A stretch of 64,000 nt of DNA from Salinispira sp. (GTDB taxonomy: Bacteria; Spirochaetota; Spirochaetia; DSM-27196; Salinispiraceae), in assembly GCA_965602015.1 (NCBI GenBank), contig OZ271918.1, positions 1,696,001 through 1,760,000 on the forward strand, written 5' to 3'. The translations under genes and the position numbers were made by a program. The first letter of the stretch is position 1; the number at the start of each line of letters is the position of its first letter. Below the pieces are notes generated by a model. It worked only from the letters and a program-made list of their open reading frames with translations. It was not told the origin of the DNA and did no database searches. Below are positions 21,456-31,347 of this stretch, in pieces.

Positions 21456-23231
21456 GAGGCTGTAGAAAAAGTCCCTGCAGCCATCAATAATTCTACCCGG
21501 ACAGGCCTTTATAGGCAAAGCATAAAATGGCCTTCGTTTAATAAAGCGACTACGCCACCCTGTGTTTCCGGATTGCACTGGGAATCTCCAGTATGCCTCT
21601 CTTTCTTTTCTACTGCCAGCACATCTTCAGCTTTTCTATATTGTGCACCATACAAAACAACCGCCACTGGGTATTTACTTTTGTCTTCCCTCGCACCGTG
21701 AATCTGTTCAGCCCCTTGGTTCCGCATAAATCACCGAACACCGGTTCAACCGCCCCCATTCGCCGGGAGTAAATGCTTCGTGCCTCTGAGGTATCAAATC
21801 TGTCCTGACTAATCTTTAGGTAATCGATGGTCTGTGGCGTTTGTGTCCGCTTAAAAAACGTCACCTGCCTGAATGGACTTGCAGGTTTTCGAATACACTT
21901 GCTACGCAACTCACAATTGCTGCACTGTTCTTTGCTTGCCCTGTACCGATCCCCGACGAGCTTTCCGTCGGCGGATTTGAAATTCTTCATGTTTAGCCGC
22001 AATATATGCCCGGCCGGACAGGTAGCTATTTTCTTTTTCCGGTCGTAGTGAAAATCTGAGGGCTGGAAGTAGCGTTTGGTATGTACCGCCCTCCAGTTAT
22101 CAGTTTTCTTTTTATGAACTTCATTGCCAGTGAAGCGGATATCACGCTTGCGAAACTGATTATCCGGGATATATGCTTCAATCCCATGTTCAATGAGATA
22201 CTTCATATTCACAGCGTTATGAAACCCAGAGTCTGCTGTGATCACGGTTTTCCCGTAAATGTCAGATGAGATCCCGGTACTGCGGCATTGTTTCTTAATA
22301 CCAGTCAAGATTTCCGGCAAATGACCGGATTCATTGATATCACCATAGGCTTCGGCCCATACAATGACCTGATGTTTATCATCAACTGCAGCAATTCCAT
22401 TGTAGCCTTGAATGACACCATGGGAACTGACCATTTTTGCACTCTCATTGTCGGTGAGATTACTCTTCACCGGTTTGCCTGAGGCACCAAGCCTGTCATC
22501 ATTATCATCCAGCCAGCGGTTGATTTTATCTGCCTTGGTTTCCAGCTTTTTGATTGCTGCAATTTCCTGAACTTGATTCTCAGCAGGTGATTTCTGACCA
22601 TCCTCATTTTGATGCTTTTCAACCAGGTAGGCGATGGACTTTCTGATACTCCTGACTTTCTTCAGAAGCTCCGCCTTGGTCCCGCTCCATTCCTTGGAAC
22701 AGTTTGATGAAATCTTGCAGCCATCTATGGCAAACATTTCCTTGCCAATCAGGTTCTCTGAATAACAGATGGCAAGCACCTTGGTGAACAAATCGACACA
22801 TTCACTATCCATAGTTGCAATAAAATCGGCGATGGTGGTGTGATGCGGATGTGTATCGGCGGACAGAGCCATACAGATAATATTCTCATCACAAAACCGG
22901 GCAATCTTGCGACTGCTGGTTATCCCCCGTGAATAGGCAAAGAGAATAATCTTCAAAAGCACCGCCGGGTTATAGGCCGGGGCACCGGTAATATCATTCT
23001 GGCACCGCGACTCGAAAATAGAAAGATCAAGTTTTTTGCTGAAGAGGATGTGGAGTGTATGCTCAAATGTTCCAGGCAGAATTTGTTTTGACAGATTGAC
23101 CGGCAGCATTAACTGCTGATCGTAGGAATAGTCTTTGTATCGAGGCATGCCGTCCCTCCCATAGGCTGGCTGATACATGAATTTTACCATGGAACTACAT
23201 TTACTAGAAGCGGGACTTTTTCTACAGCCTC
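21456..23231 (-). mobile_element. IS1182-family element, intact, inserted in attC core site
   Basis: Perfect 20-bp IRs GAGGCTGTAGAAAAAGTCCC; 3-bp duplication AAC (21453-21455, 23232-23234). Confidence 0.92.
21610..23148 (-). CDS. IS1182-family transposase
   Basis: GAPAYNP, SSRKI, PHHTTIADF, IDGCKI, ADSGF, CPAG/CSNCELRSKC, VEPVFG; probable ATG at 23148 after GGGAGG. Confidence 0.9.
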   Translation of the reverse strand: MPRYKDYSYDQQLMLPVNLSKQILPGTFEHTLHILFSKKLDLSIFESRCQNDITGAPAYNPAVLLKIILFAYSRGITSSRKIARFCDENIICMALSADTHPHHTTIADFIATMDSECVDLFTKVLAICYSENLIGKEMFAIDGCKISSNCSKEWSGTKAELLKKVRSIRKSIAYLVEKHQNEDGQKSPAENQVQEIAAIKKLETKADKINRWLDDNDDRLGASGKPVKSNLTDNESAKMVSSHGVIQGYNGIAAVDDKHQVIVWAEAYGDINESGHLPEILTGIKKQCRSTGISSDIYGKTVITADSGFHNAVNMKYLIEHGIEAYIPDNQFRKRDIRFTGNEVHKKKTDNWRAVHTKRYFQPSDFHYDRKKKIATCPAGHILRLNMKNFKSADGKLVGDRYRASKEQCSNCELRSKCIRKPASPFRQVTFFKRTQTPQTIDYLKISQDRFDTSEARSIYSRRMGAVEPVFGDLCGTKGLNRFTVRGKTKVNTQWRLFCMVHNIEKLKMCWQ

Positions 23232-23341
23232 AACAACCACTTGAGCGGCGAGCCGTAATTGGCGTGGAGTTTGCCCGCCGCCAGGCGGAATGCGCAAACT
23301 CCATGACAATAGGCGAGTCCGTCTCGAAGTGCTTGTTATAT
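23232..23341 (-). repeat. attC site (original R' heptamer displaced to 21449-21455 by IS1182)
   Basis: AACAACCACTTGAGCGGCGAGCCG...CGAGTCCGTCTCGAAGTGCTTGTTATAT. Confidence 0.92.
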
Positions 23342-23346
23342 GGCCC

Positions 23347-24027
23347 TCAATATTCTACCAGATAATCTTCCTGGTAACCTTCTATAAATTTCAAAATAGA
23401 TTCATCATATTTCACTCGGATCGATTTGATAATTATCAATGTTGCAATATCAAAAAATTGCTTCGTCCTGGACATCGTGAAATATGAATTATCCAAATTT
23501 GATTTTTCATACGAGCGCGTACGGATATCAGATATCCACAGAGCAATTTCGTTTTTTGTGAGAATACCGGGAATCTCGGTTATCTCAGAGTCTGTAATCG
23601 AATTGAGAATGCCATCAAATTTATCTGGATCACCATGATAAATTGCCGATTCCAAAAAAGAATTTTCCGTTCGGTAGAGCTGTTCCCGAATATTATTACT
23701 CATCTCGGGATTGTATCGAAGTTTAAAATGCCAATTTAGCCAGTACAACATCAGGAAATCAGCTTGGAGATGAGACAACCATCCAAAAAGATAGCTGTGA
23801 TTAATCTGGCCCTCATACTTCTGGTAGAAATTCATCAGATTTTGAAATCGGACTGAAATATCTCTAGGGCCATACATATGGATGGCTCGCTTCTCATCAA
23901 GGGAAGCGTTTTTTCTCATGTGGATGGCATCGGGAGCTATACTCCCAATCAGGAACTGGCTTCGATCAAGATTGATCGTGTTGAGAATTCTGTCTGCAAT
24001 CTCAAGATGCAAAATGGTGTACGGCAT
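23347..24027 (-). CDS. Cassette 17: zinc-dependent phospholipase C-like protein
   Basis: MPxxxxH, GSIAPD, GWLSHLQAD pattern. Confidence 0.65.
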   Translation of the reverse strand: MPYTILHLEIADRILNTINLDRSQFLIGSIAPDAIHMRKNASLDEKRAIHMYGPRDISVRFQNLMNFYQKYEGQINHSYLFGWLSHLQADFLMLYWLNWHFKLRYNPEMSNNIREQLYRTENSFLESAIYHGDPDKFDGILNSITDSEITEIPGILTKNEIALWISDIRTRSYEKSNLDNSYFTMSRTKQFFDIATLIIIKSIRVKYDESILKFIEGYQEDYLVEY

Positions 24028-24081
24028 ATTTATTATTCAGCTTTCCTTATTGCAGATAGATTTCCGTTCTCCGAATAGTCC

Positions 24082-24181
24082 ATATAACAACCACTTAACC
24101 TGTGAGCCGTACATTGGCGCGTGTTTTTGCGAATGCAAAAACCGTGACAATAGGCGAATCAGGTTGAAGTGCTTGTTATAC
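24082..24181 (-). repeat. attC site
   Basis: 100-bp form with apical GTTTTTGCGAATGCAAAAAC. Confidence 0.93.
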
Positions 24182-24221
24182 GGCATTTTATCATCTTTTT
24201 AGTATTTTGATTATTATTTAT

Positions 24222-24626
24222 TTAATTTGAGATCAATTTAAGCCCATCAGTTACATACTGTTGGATTTTCTTGTCGTGTGAAATTAGTGTATATCCAGAT
24301 TCAATCGCCTGCCAGACTAACATTCGATCAAACGGATCTTTATGGTTTTCTTTTTTGGGTAAGCGATAATACGAAGTCAAAATCTCATTGGAGATCTCAG
24401 AAATTTCAAACCCCGATTTTGATATTTGGATCAATAATTGATCAGGATTGAGATCCCCCAAATCGAGTTTACCAAGAGAATATTTAATTGAAATTTCCCA
24501 TAAACTTATTCCCGACACGAATTTCTGATCTGAGGATGATTCCAAAATCTGGAGAATTTCTTTTGATAAGTTTTCGGGGTTGAAAAGTGTCCAGAGTAGG
24601 ATGTGGGTATCAACTAGATACATCAT
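24222..24626 (-). CDS. vapC: Cassette 16: VapC PIN-domain toxin
   Basis: LVDTHILLW, SLWEISIK, HKDPFDRML. Confidence 0.92.
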   Translation of the reverse strand: MMYLVDTHILLWTLFNPENLSKEILQILESSSDQKFVSGISLWEISIKYSLGKLDLGDLNPDQLLIQISKSGFEISEISNEILTSYYRLPKKENHKDPFDRMLVWQAIESGYTLISHDKKIQQYVTDGLKLISN

Positions 24627-24859
24627 TGGCCAATTAATTCTTCTTCAGTCATTTCGAAATCATTTGTGAATGCGATTTCGTGTTCTTTCAAGAGGCCAAT
24701 TTTAACTGAATGATTTTGATTTAATTCAGAGATCGGAATTAACGCTGCAACGCTTTTTTTATTCCGGCCGTATGTGATTATAATTTTTTCTCCAGATTCA
24801 ACTTCTTTAAGAATTTCAGAAAAGTGTGTTTTAAATTCTCCAACGGCAAAGGTTTTCAT
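24623..24859 (-). CDS. Cassette 16: Phd/YefM-family antitoxin
   Basis: EFKTHFSEILKEVESGEKIIIT; ATGA overlap with the toxin gene. Confidence 0.9.
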   Translation of the reverse strand: MKTFAVGEFKTHFSEILKEVESGEKIIITYGRNKKSVAALIPISELNQNHSVKIGLLKEHEIAFTNDFEMTEEELIGQ

Positions 24860-24929
24860 AGATTAATAATCTAATTATTTTGTCAACTTGTCAAGATCGT
24901 TTTCTGAGAGTGAATCAAATTTTATGTCC

Positions 24930-25044
24930 GTATAACAACCACTTGAGCGGCGAGCCGTCAATTGGCGTGGAGTGTGCCCGCCGCCAGGCGGAACAAGCAA
25001 ACTCCATGACAATAGGCGAGTCCGTCTCGAAGTGCTTGTTATAT
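24930..25044 (-). repeat. attC site
   Basis: GTATAAC...GTTATAT with conserved arms. Confidence 0.93.
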
Positions 25045-25051
25045 TCCGCTT

Positions 25052-26206
25052 CTATTCAACCTTCGTGAAGTACACTACATACTTCAATGATGTCTCTGCT
25101 GTGACTTCGCGATCGTCATTAAATTCAACTCCATTTTCTTCGAAGGTTAATGCGATTCCTCCTTTATAGAAGAATAGTCGTACTTCCCGAAATCCGACGC
25201 CTTCTCCGAATGTCCAATGGAATGGGGTATCTGCTTGAGTTTCGACAAAATATAAATCGAAATCACCTACACGAGAATTTTCTGCATAAATTCTATGGAG
25301 AGCCCTGATTGGTACGACTAGACTTTTCATTTCACTGGAAAATGTTAGCTCAATTTCAGAATTTTGAATCTGTTCAATATCAAACTCTAAATTTTCATGT
25401 TCCATAATACTGTGTGATTCATAAACATATCTACCTGCGAAATTTGTAAGGTAATCTGATGTAAATTGCTGAACGATTAGTTGAAGGGGAGCATCTATCG
25501 AACCGGCAAAAATATAAGGTTGTCTATATTCCCAAGTTCCAAGCCATTTCCTATCGGGTACATTTTCTTGATAATAGATATAAATCTGATCTCCGTCGGT
25601 CTTTAAATAGTTATTCCCATTAGAAAACGTTCGTCCATCAAATTCGAGTGTTATTTGATTGCGGATTATCTTGTTACCATTAAAAATATCGATTTCACTG
25701 ATAACAACCATCGAGTTTGAGATTGAAAGTTCCAATATTTCTGGTGCATGACCAGAACCTTGGAATCTACGAGGTAATTGCTGGACGTAGAAACCTTCAA
25801 ACTCAGTTATTTCCTGTACGGACTCAATGTTTGTGGTCTCCGGGAGTTGGAATCTGGGATAAGTCCCCGGAACTCGATTTGCGATTCTTGATGAGATTTC
25901 ATTAGCAATATTCGTTTCTATTTGCTCAATATAGCCGGAGAAGCACCAGCCGGAAAAACCTGTTTGGCTCTGCACTCTTACCCAGGGGGCAGTTATCGAA
26001 TTAATCGTTTCCACCTCCCCCGTTTCCAAAATCGTCACGGCGGTAAACTGTGGTAGCGTGGTGATTATTTCTGAATTAAGCGATTGATTTTCTCTAATCC
26101 TTAGGTTGTAGGTGACATAGTGCGTTGGAATAAATTGTTGCGCAAAAATATTTGCCGATATAATCATGAGCAAAATACATAAGAAGCGTTTCATCATCTC
26201 TCCCAT
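25052..26206 (-). CDS. Cassette 15: exported SH3-domain protein
   Basis: Signal peptide (MKRFLCILLMIISANIFA); LRIRE...WVRVQ...GWCFSGYI bacterial SH3 signature. Confidence 0.8.
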   Translation of the reverse strand: MGEMMKRFLCILLMIISANIFAQQFIPTHYVTYNLRIRENQSLNSEIITTLPQFTAVTILETGEVETINSITAPWVRVQSQTGFSGWCFSGYIEQIETNIANEISSRIANRVPGTYPRFQLPETTNIESVQEITEFEGFYVQQLPRRFQGSGHAPEILELSISNSMVVISEIDIFNGNKIIRNQITLEFDGRTFSNGNNYLKTDGDQIYIYYQENVPDRKWLGTWEYRQPYIFAGSIDAPLQLIVQQFTSDYLTNFAGRYVYESHSIMEHENLEFDIEQIQNSEIELTFSSEMKSLVVPIRALHRIYAENSRVGDFDLYFVETQADTPFHWTFGEGVGFREVRLFFYKGGIALTFEENGVEFNDDREVTAETSLKYVVYFTKVE

Positions 26207-26261
26207 CTAGATTGGAGCTATCTATCGATTCCATTAAACAACACACAGATATCATGCGTGA

Positions 26262-26376
26262 ATATAACAACCGCTTGAGCGGCGAGCCGTCAATTGGCGT
26301 GGAGTTTGCCCGCCGCCAGGCGGAATTCGCAAACTCCATGACAATAGGCGTGTCCGTCTCGAAGCGCTTGTTAAAT
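26262..26376 (-). repeat. attC site
   Basis: ATATAAC...GTTAAAT with conserved arms. Confidence 0.93.
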
Positions 26377-26395
26377 GGCGCTCCATCATCAACGA

Positions 26396-26671
26396 CTATT
26401 CGATCACGATTTTAATTTTTCGATCCAGAGCCCTCGCATATTTCTCGATCGTGGAAAGCCGGATATCTTCTGCATGATTCTCGATTCGGGAGATCGCAGG
26501 TTTCTTGGTATGTAGCTTCTCGGCCAGTTCTTCTTGAGTCATTCCTTTTTCAATTCTAGCTTGTTTCAGTAGGGCACCGATTTTGAAGTTCTCATATTCA
26601 GAATCATAATTAAGAGAAAATTCTGGATCCTTCTGCTTGCGATCATTAATATATTTTTGGAGATCACTCAT
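26396..26671 (-). CDS. Cassette 14: HigA-like XRE antitoxin
   Basis: ARIEKGMTQEELAEKL...ISRIEN HTH. Confidence 0.88.
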   Translation of the reverse strand: MSDLQKYINDRKQKDPEFSLNYDSEYENFKIGALLKQARIEKGMTQEELAEKLHTKKPAISRIENHAEDIRLSTIEKYARALDRKIKIVIE

Positions 26672-27015
26672 GTGTTCCTCCTCAGCCAATCTGCTTTGCG
26701 CCTCTCGGCCAAATTAATTTCTTTGGCTGGAGTCTTCTGTGATTTCTTGGAAAATCCATTCGTTAATACCACGAACTTGTTCCCATTTTGAAATCCCAGA
26801 ATACGATATGCGTTCCCTGAGCTTGGGGCCCGAACTTCCCAAATGTCGTCCGTGTTTTTCAATTTCTTGAAATATGAACTTGGAACCACATCCAGGTCTT
26901 CTATCAATTGAAGGACCCAAGTTACTTTCTCGGCATCTTTAGCTTTTAGATTATCCAAGAATTCAGCAATGGGCGATTCGCCGTTTTCTGTTTTGTAAAA
27001 GACAATCTGCCGCAT
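26668..27015 (-). CDS. Cassette 14: HigB/RelE-like (Gp49-like) toxin
   Basis: SPIAEFL, IWEVR, YRI, LTNGFSKKSQKTP; toxin-first order. Confidence 0.88.
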   Translation of the reverse strand: MRQIVFYKTENGESPIAEFLDNLKAKDAEKVTWVLQLIEDLDVVPSSYFKKLKNTDDIWEVRAPSSGNAYRILGFQNGNKFVVLTNGFSKKSQKTPAKEINLAERRKADWLRRNT

Positions 27016-27020
27016 AGATA

Positions 27021-27049
27021 ATGTTAACTTAAATGTTAACAGTTTGCAA
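27021..27049 (-). promoter_or_regulatory. Putative higBA promoter and operator
   Basis: TTGCAA-N17-TAACAT ending 5 nt before ATG; overlaps palindrome TGTTAAC-N6-GTTAACA (27022-27041). Confidence 0.6.
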
Positions 27050-27222
27050 CCCAAAGAATTCATTCAAATAACATTCGAATTTTAATAACTGATAGAGCAA
27101 AAAGAAGACGCTTCATTGTGATATAGGTTCGATTCTTTGAACTCAGCTCACAAGACCAGATCACAATAACGCGCCAACCCATATTTCTGAGATCACGCAA
27201 CTGATTGCGATCTCTTCGCTTA

Positions 27223-28573
27223 AATGGTGTCCAAATTAGTTCGCAATTTCATGTAGGAGCCAGCTTCCTCCAGCGGGTTAAGCGGCTATTTTCGGGATGA
27301 GATCTCGTTGCTCATCCAGTATTTCCTTTTTAATATAGGCCTTGCCGGCTGTCCAGTCTTCCGTGTATTCAATCAGGAAACAGGTCACCAATCTCAGGTA
27401 AGAATCCTGAGATGGGAAAATCCCGACGACTTTCGACCGCCGACGGATCTCCCGGTTCAGTCTTTCCAGCATGTTTGTCGAAGCGACCTTCCGATGATCG
27501 AGCTTTGGAAATTCATAGAACTGGAGTGAGTCTTCAAGTCCGTTATCCAGGATTTCCACCGCCTCAGGGAATTGCGATTCCAGATCATCCATCACCTGTT
27601 TGGCATATTCCCGTGCGGTACCGGCATCCGGTTGAAGCCAGATATGTTTGATACGGGCGGCAACATGCTCTTTGTGTTTGGCTCTCACTTTTGCCAACAC
27701 GTTCCGCATGAAATGTACTTTGCAGCGTTGCCAGCTGGAACCAAGGAATTCTTTCTGGATAGCATTCTTCAATCCCAGATGCGCATCTGAGACCACAAGC
27801 CACACGGACCGAAGGCCACGCTCCTTCAACCTCTGGATCAGGAACCGGTAATTGTCTTCATTTTCAGCATCCATGGGCTCTATGGCCAGGATTTCCCGTT
27901 CTCCAGCCCTGTTGAGGCCGCACACGACCATAACCGCATGATTGTAGACTCTCCCGTCATCCCGGATCTTTTCATACAGGGCGTCTATCCAGATTACTGG
28001 GTACTCCGCTTCAAGGGGGCGATTGCGAAATGTATCAACCTGTTCATCAAGACCTTTGTTGATTTCTGAAACCTGGCTTGCGGAAATATTCTCGATTCCC
28101 AGCTGTTTTGCCAGACGATCAATCTTCCGGGTTGAAACGCCGTTAATGAATGCTTCCTGGACAACCTGAAGAAGCGCCTGCTCAGACCGGCGCTTCTCGG
28201 TGACAAAGAAGGGGATATACCCTCCCTTTCGGAGCTTTGGAACCACCAGATACATGGTACCTAATCGGGTATCAAAACGGCGAACCCGTGTTCCGGAAAA
28301 GTGAGTAGCCCGGTTGTGGGAGTGCTGACCTTTGGGGGCACCGACCTTGGATTCGACTTCGATTTTCATAAGCTGCTCTGTTGTCCATTTGAGCATCTCA
28401 AACAAGGGATCGGATTCACCGGTGAATTGGGATAGCAGATTCTTGAAATCTGCGGTAGAGTTTTTTGGGGCCATGATTACTTACTCCTTCTGGTTGTGTA
28501 TCGCTACTTAACCTTCGGAGAGAATTGTGGCTCCTTTTACTTTTCTAAATTGCGAACATTATTGGACGTGATC
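27223..28573 (-). mobile_element. IS256-family element, copy 2
   Basis: Reverse complement of 3510-4860; 8-bp TSD TTCGCTTA. Confidence 0.95.
27278..28474 (-). CDS. IS256-family transposase
   Basis: Protein identical to 3609-4805. Confidence 0.95.
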   Translation of the reverse strand: MAPKNSTADFKNLLSQFTGESDPLFEMLKWTTEQLMKIEVESKVGAPKGQHSHNRATHFSGTRVRRFDTRLGTMYLVVPKLRKGGYIPFFVTEKRRSEQALLQVVQEAFINGVSTRKIDRLAKQLGIENISASQVSEINKGLDEQVDTFRNRPLEAEYPVIWIDALYEKIRDDGRVYNHAVMVVCGLNRAGEREILAIEPMDAENEDNYRFLIQRLKERGLRSVWLVVSDAHLGLKNAIQKEFLGSSWQRCKVHFMRNVLAKVRAKHKEHVAARIKHIWLQPDAGTAREYAKQVMDDLESQFPEAVEILDNGLEDSLQFYEFPKLDHRKVASTNMLERLNREIRRRSKVVGIFPSQDSYLRLVTCFLIEYTEDWTAGKAYIKKEILDEQRDLIPKIAA

Positions 28574-28934
28574 TTCGCTTATTGTCACGAAATTTCTTTT
28601 GCCAATAGTTCCGATTATTACTAATTGATTTTCTTCTTTTGCATTTGTGATTATGCCAAAAGCAACCGTTGATCAATATCACTGTCTTAAATCGGGGAAG
28701 AACAATATCTGGGGTACCGGGCAATTTCTTATTGTGGATAGTAAATCTATATCCATTTCTATGAAGAATGGATCTTATTAAAACCTCGGGCTTTGTGTTT
28801 TTCGAATGGATTTGCGACATTATGTAGCTTCGCTGGCGTGGCGAAAAAATATCCATGAACAACCCGGGTTATCTGTTTCCTATTACACTCCTGGAAATGA
28901 CTGTCTGATTTCTGATTGAAAATTTTTTACGTCC

Positions 28935-29051
28935 ATTTAACAACCACTTAACCTGTGAGCCGTACATTGGCATGGAGTTTGCCCTGCCCTTCAGGGCAGG
29001 ACCAGCGGACTCCATGACAATAGGCGAATCAGGTTGAAGTGCTTGTTATGA
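28935..29051 (-). repeat. attC site
   Basis: ATTTAAC...GTTATGA with conserved arms. Confidence 0.93.
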
Positions 29052-29732
29052 CGCGCCTTTATTTTTATGGCAGTTCATCTGATGAAGGTAAATTTCAATA
29101 TCCTTTTCATCTATACCCTGATTTTCAATCAGTTGCCATCTATCGCTGTTCTTTAGTAATTGAATTATTTCTTTTGCCGACATTGATAAATCTTCGCCAT
29201 AATGTTTCCCAGTGATTTCATAGATATGTTGTGAGATAGTAAAAGTCTTCGGAATCTCTTGCTTCAAGGTAGCGTTATAACATAGGTGTCCACCCGCAGC
29301 ATAAATTAGGAAACCTTTCTCGGTAAGATGATTTTCTTCATCGATAAAATGCTTTTCTTTCAAAATCTTATAATTTTTATTTTCTACATCGGGTTCTTTC
29401 TTGAAATAGCATTGTTGTAATAATTTCCAATTTGCCTTTTCTGAAAGAAGAGAGAAGAAATCAGAAACAGTAGAAAAATCCTCGAGATAATTTCCGATCG
29501 CATATGTCGGAAGATTTGTTGTGTACCAACCATTTTCCAAATCATATGCCAGCAATTGCGATAATCCTTGATGGGAATTTTCATGGACTACTTTCTTTAG
29601 GTTTTCTAATGCAACATCGTGACCACAAACTACACTCGTCGGTTCGGAATCTGAGTCTATTTCCGAAAGCTTTGCTTTTAATCGTGTGATTTCTTTTTTC
29701 AAGAAGGCTCGGTTATTTTCAAACTGATTCAT
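29046..29732 (-). CDS. Cassette 13: hypothetical protein
   Basis: 228 aa ORF filling the cassette; stop within R''. Confidence 0.75.
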   Translation of the reverse strand: MNQFENNRAFLKKEITRLKAKLSEIDSDSEPTSVVCGHDVALENLKKVVHENSHQGLSQLLAYDLENGWYTTNLPTYAIGNYLEDFSTVSDFFSLLSEKANWKLLQQCYFKKEPDVENKNYKILKEKHFIDEENHLTEKGFLIYAAGGHLCYNATLKQEIPKTFTISQHIYEITGKHYGEDLSMSAKEIIQLLKNSDRWQLIENQGIDEKDIEIYLHQMNCHKNKGAS

Positions 29733-29813
29733 GGAGCATCCCGATAATTTTAGAGATTACAAACATAGTATCATAAATACCATTAATTAACAGTAAGAAA
29801 ATCTTCTACGTCG

Positions 29814-29924
29814 TCATAACAACCTGTTGAGCGGCGAGCCGTACATGGCGCAAAACTTGCCTGGCGAAGCCAGAAAAGCAAGTTTTGTGACATAGGCGAG
29901 TCCGTCTCGAACAGCTTGTTATGT
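29814..29924 (-). repeat. attC site (divergent, with compensatory arm changes)
   Basis: TCATAACAACCTGTTGAGCGG...CCGTCTCGAACAGCTTGTTATGT. Confidence 0.9.
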
Positions 29925-29932
29925 ACTGTATT

Positions 29933-30352
29933 TCAATTTATTGATCGTCTCTCGCCAAGTTTTTCCACAATATCATCAACTACTGCAGATAAATTTTTCT
30001 TAATATCTGATTGCCAATAGCGTAGAACTTTCCAACCATCATGTTCTAAACTGGATGTAACTTCCCGGTCTCTCTCTTTATTTCGCGAAATCTTTTGTGT
30101 CCAGTAATCCACGTTTGTTTTTGGCATACTAAAATTTTCTGGGTGCATATGCCAAAAATCTGAATCAATGAATACAATAACCTTTCCATTTCTAAAGACA
30201 ATATCCGGCTTTCCAATTATTTTTTTTACATGCTTTGTAAAATATATTTTCCTTTTACGTAATTCCTTAAAAACCATTTTCTCCGGCTGAGTATTAATAG
30301 ATTTTATATTTTTCATATTTAGATGTCTTTCTTCAGGAGTTAGATTATCCAT
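29933..30352 (-). CDS. vsr: Cassette 12: Vsr endonuclease
   Basis: MKNIKSINTQPE, GKPDIV, FIDSDFWH, GWKVLRYW. Confidence 0.92.
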   Translation of the reverse strand: MDNLTPEERHLNMKNIKSINTQPEKMVFKELRKRKIYFTKHVKKIIGKPDIVFRNGKVIVFIDSDFWHMHPENFSMPKTNVDYWTQKISRNKERDREVTSSLEHDGWKVLRYWQSDIKKNLSAVVDDIVEKLGERRSIN

Positions 30353-31347
30353 TAGAAATAATTATCTGTTTTAGAAAAGTCCATCAAATAGTTTTCATCA
30401 TCGATTTTATAAAAAGTAACGTGGACTCTTCCATATCGCTCTAGATCCGATCTACTTACGTAAGCCCCATTTGCCAAACCTAATCGGTGACGAAAATATT
30501 CACCTAATAAACTATTATTATGTGGTGTTTCTATTGCTTGACCATTTTCATCTTTTTGTGCACGTGCACAATTAAATACTTTAGAATCGTCAGTTACGAC
30601 TGTAAAATGCTGAGGCTTTGGTGGAAAGAAATCGCTTCTATAAACATCCGGTGTCAATTGAATATATGCTTGATTTGGTTCTCGCCCTGGTCTTTGCCCC
30701 CAATTTAAACCACCTTTACTTTGCACTTCACCATCACGAGAAGAAATTAAAGGAATTCGTACAGATTCAACGTTAGTTAAATTGGATTGAGAAGCAGTGC
30801 CGGAGTGCTCTTCCGTTGTATGTTTACGATAATATCTGTAATCGCTATATACAGTTATATAATTTTCGACTTCCGAATGATTACAATAAACGGAGTCTTT
30901 TTCGATCTCATTATAATAATCTATCACATCCAGATCACTGATCTGAGACAGAATTTCCCTCTGTTTAGTTCTTTCATTCTTTAAAAATGCATTCTGTGTG
31001 TAATTCGCAGAGCCAATAAATGATTTATACAATTCATTCTTTTTTTTCCAAATATATAATTTGCTATGAACTGCAGGAGCTTCAGAAACATAACCACATG
31101 AAAACCGATTTTGAAAATCAGTGCCCATTATTGATTGAAAACCTTTATGATTGCTAATGGAAATACCATCTGAAGGTACCATGCCAACTAGTAGTGATAC
31201 CTTGATGTCAGAATTAATCTCAGAAATTTCTGATAAGTGGTGAAAAGCCATAGCAGACGTAGCATAACCAGATATGATTAATAATTCATCTGCCCCTTCT
31301 CGAGCTGGTACAATTAACGATTCATGGTAAAGTTTTTTTGTTAACAT
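30352..31347 (-). CDS. Cassette 12: PLD-superfamily restriction endonuclease (NgoFVII-like)
   Basis: HSKLYIW...GSANYT (HxK/GSxN) motif, SGYAT, GLNWGQR; located between Dcm and Vsr. Confidence 0.8.
   Translation of the reverse strand: MLTKKLYHESLIVPAREGADELLIISGYATSAMAFHHLSEISEINSDIKVSLLVGMVPSDGISISNHKGFQSIMGTDFQNRFSCGYVSEAPAVHSKLYIWKKKNELYKSFIGSANYTQNAFLKNERTKQREILSQISDLDVIDYYNEIEKDSVYCNHSEVENYITVYSDYRYYRKHTTEEHSGTASQSNLTNVESVRIPLISSRDGEVQSKGGLNWGQRPGREPNQAYIQLTPDVYRSDFFPPKPQHFTVVTDDSKVFNCARAQKDENGQAIETPHNNSLLGEYFRHRLGLANGAYVSRSDLERYGRVHVTFYKIDDENYLMDFSKTDNYF

Larger units (their letters stand above)
27082..28862 (-). pseudogene. vsr: Cassette 14: Vsr very-short-patch repair endonuclease split by IS256
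   Basis: RSYIMSQIHSKNTKPE, PGTPDIV, GCFWH; the C-terminus RDRNQLRDLRNMGWRVIVIWSCE resumes after the IS. Confidence 0.88.

Noticed and set aside
21509..21727. 72-aa ORF at the IS1182 3' end (also 33138-33356) as a targeting protein
   Set aside because: Overlaps the transposase out of frame, has no RBS or recognisable motif; repeated only because the IS is duplicated.
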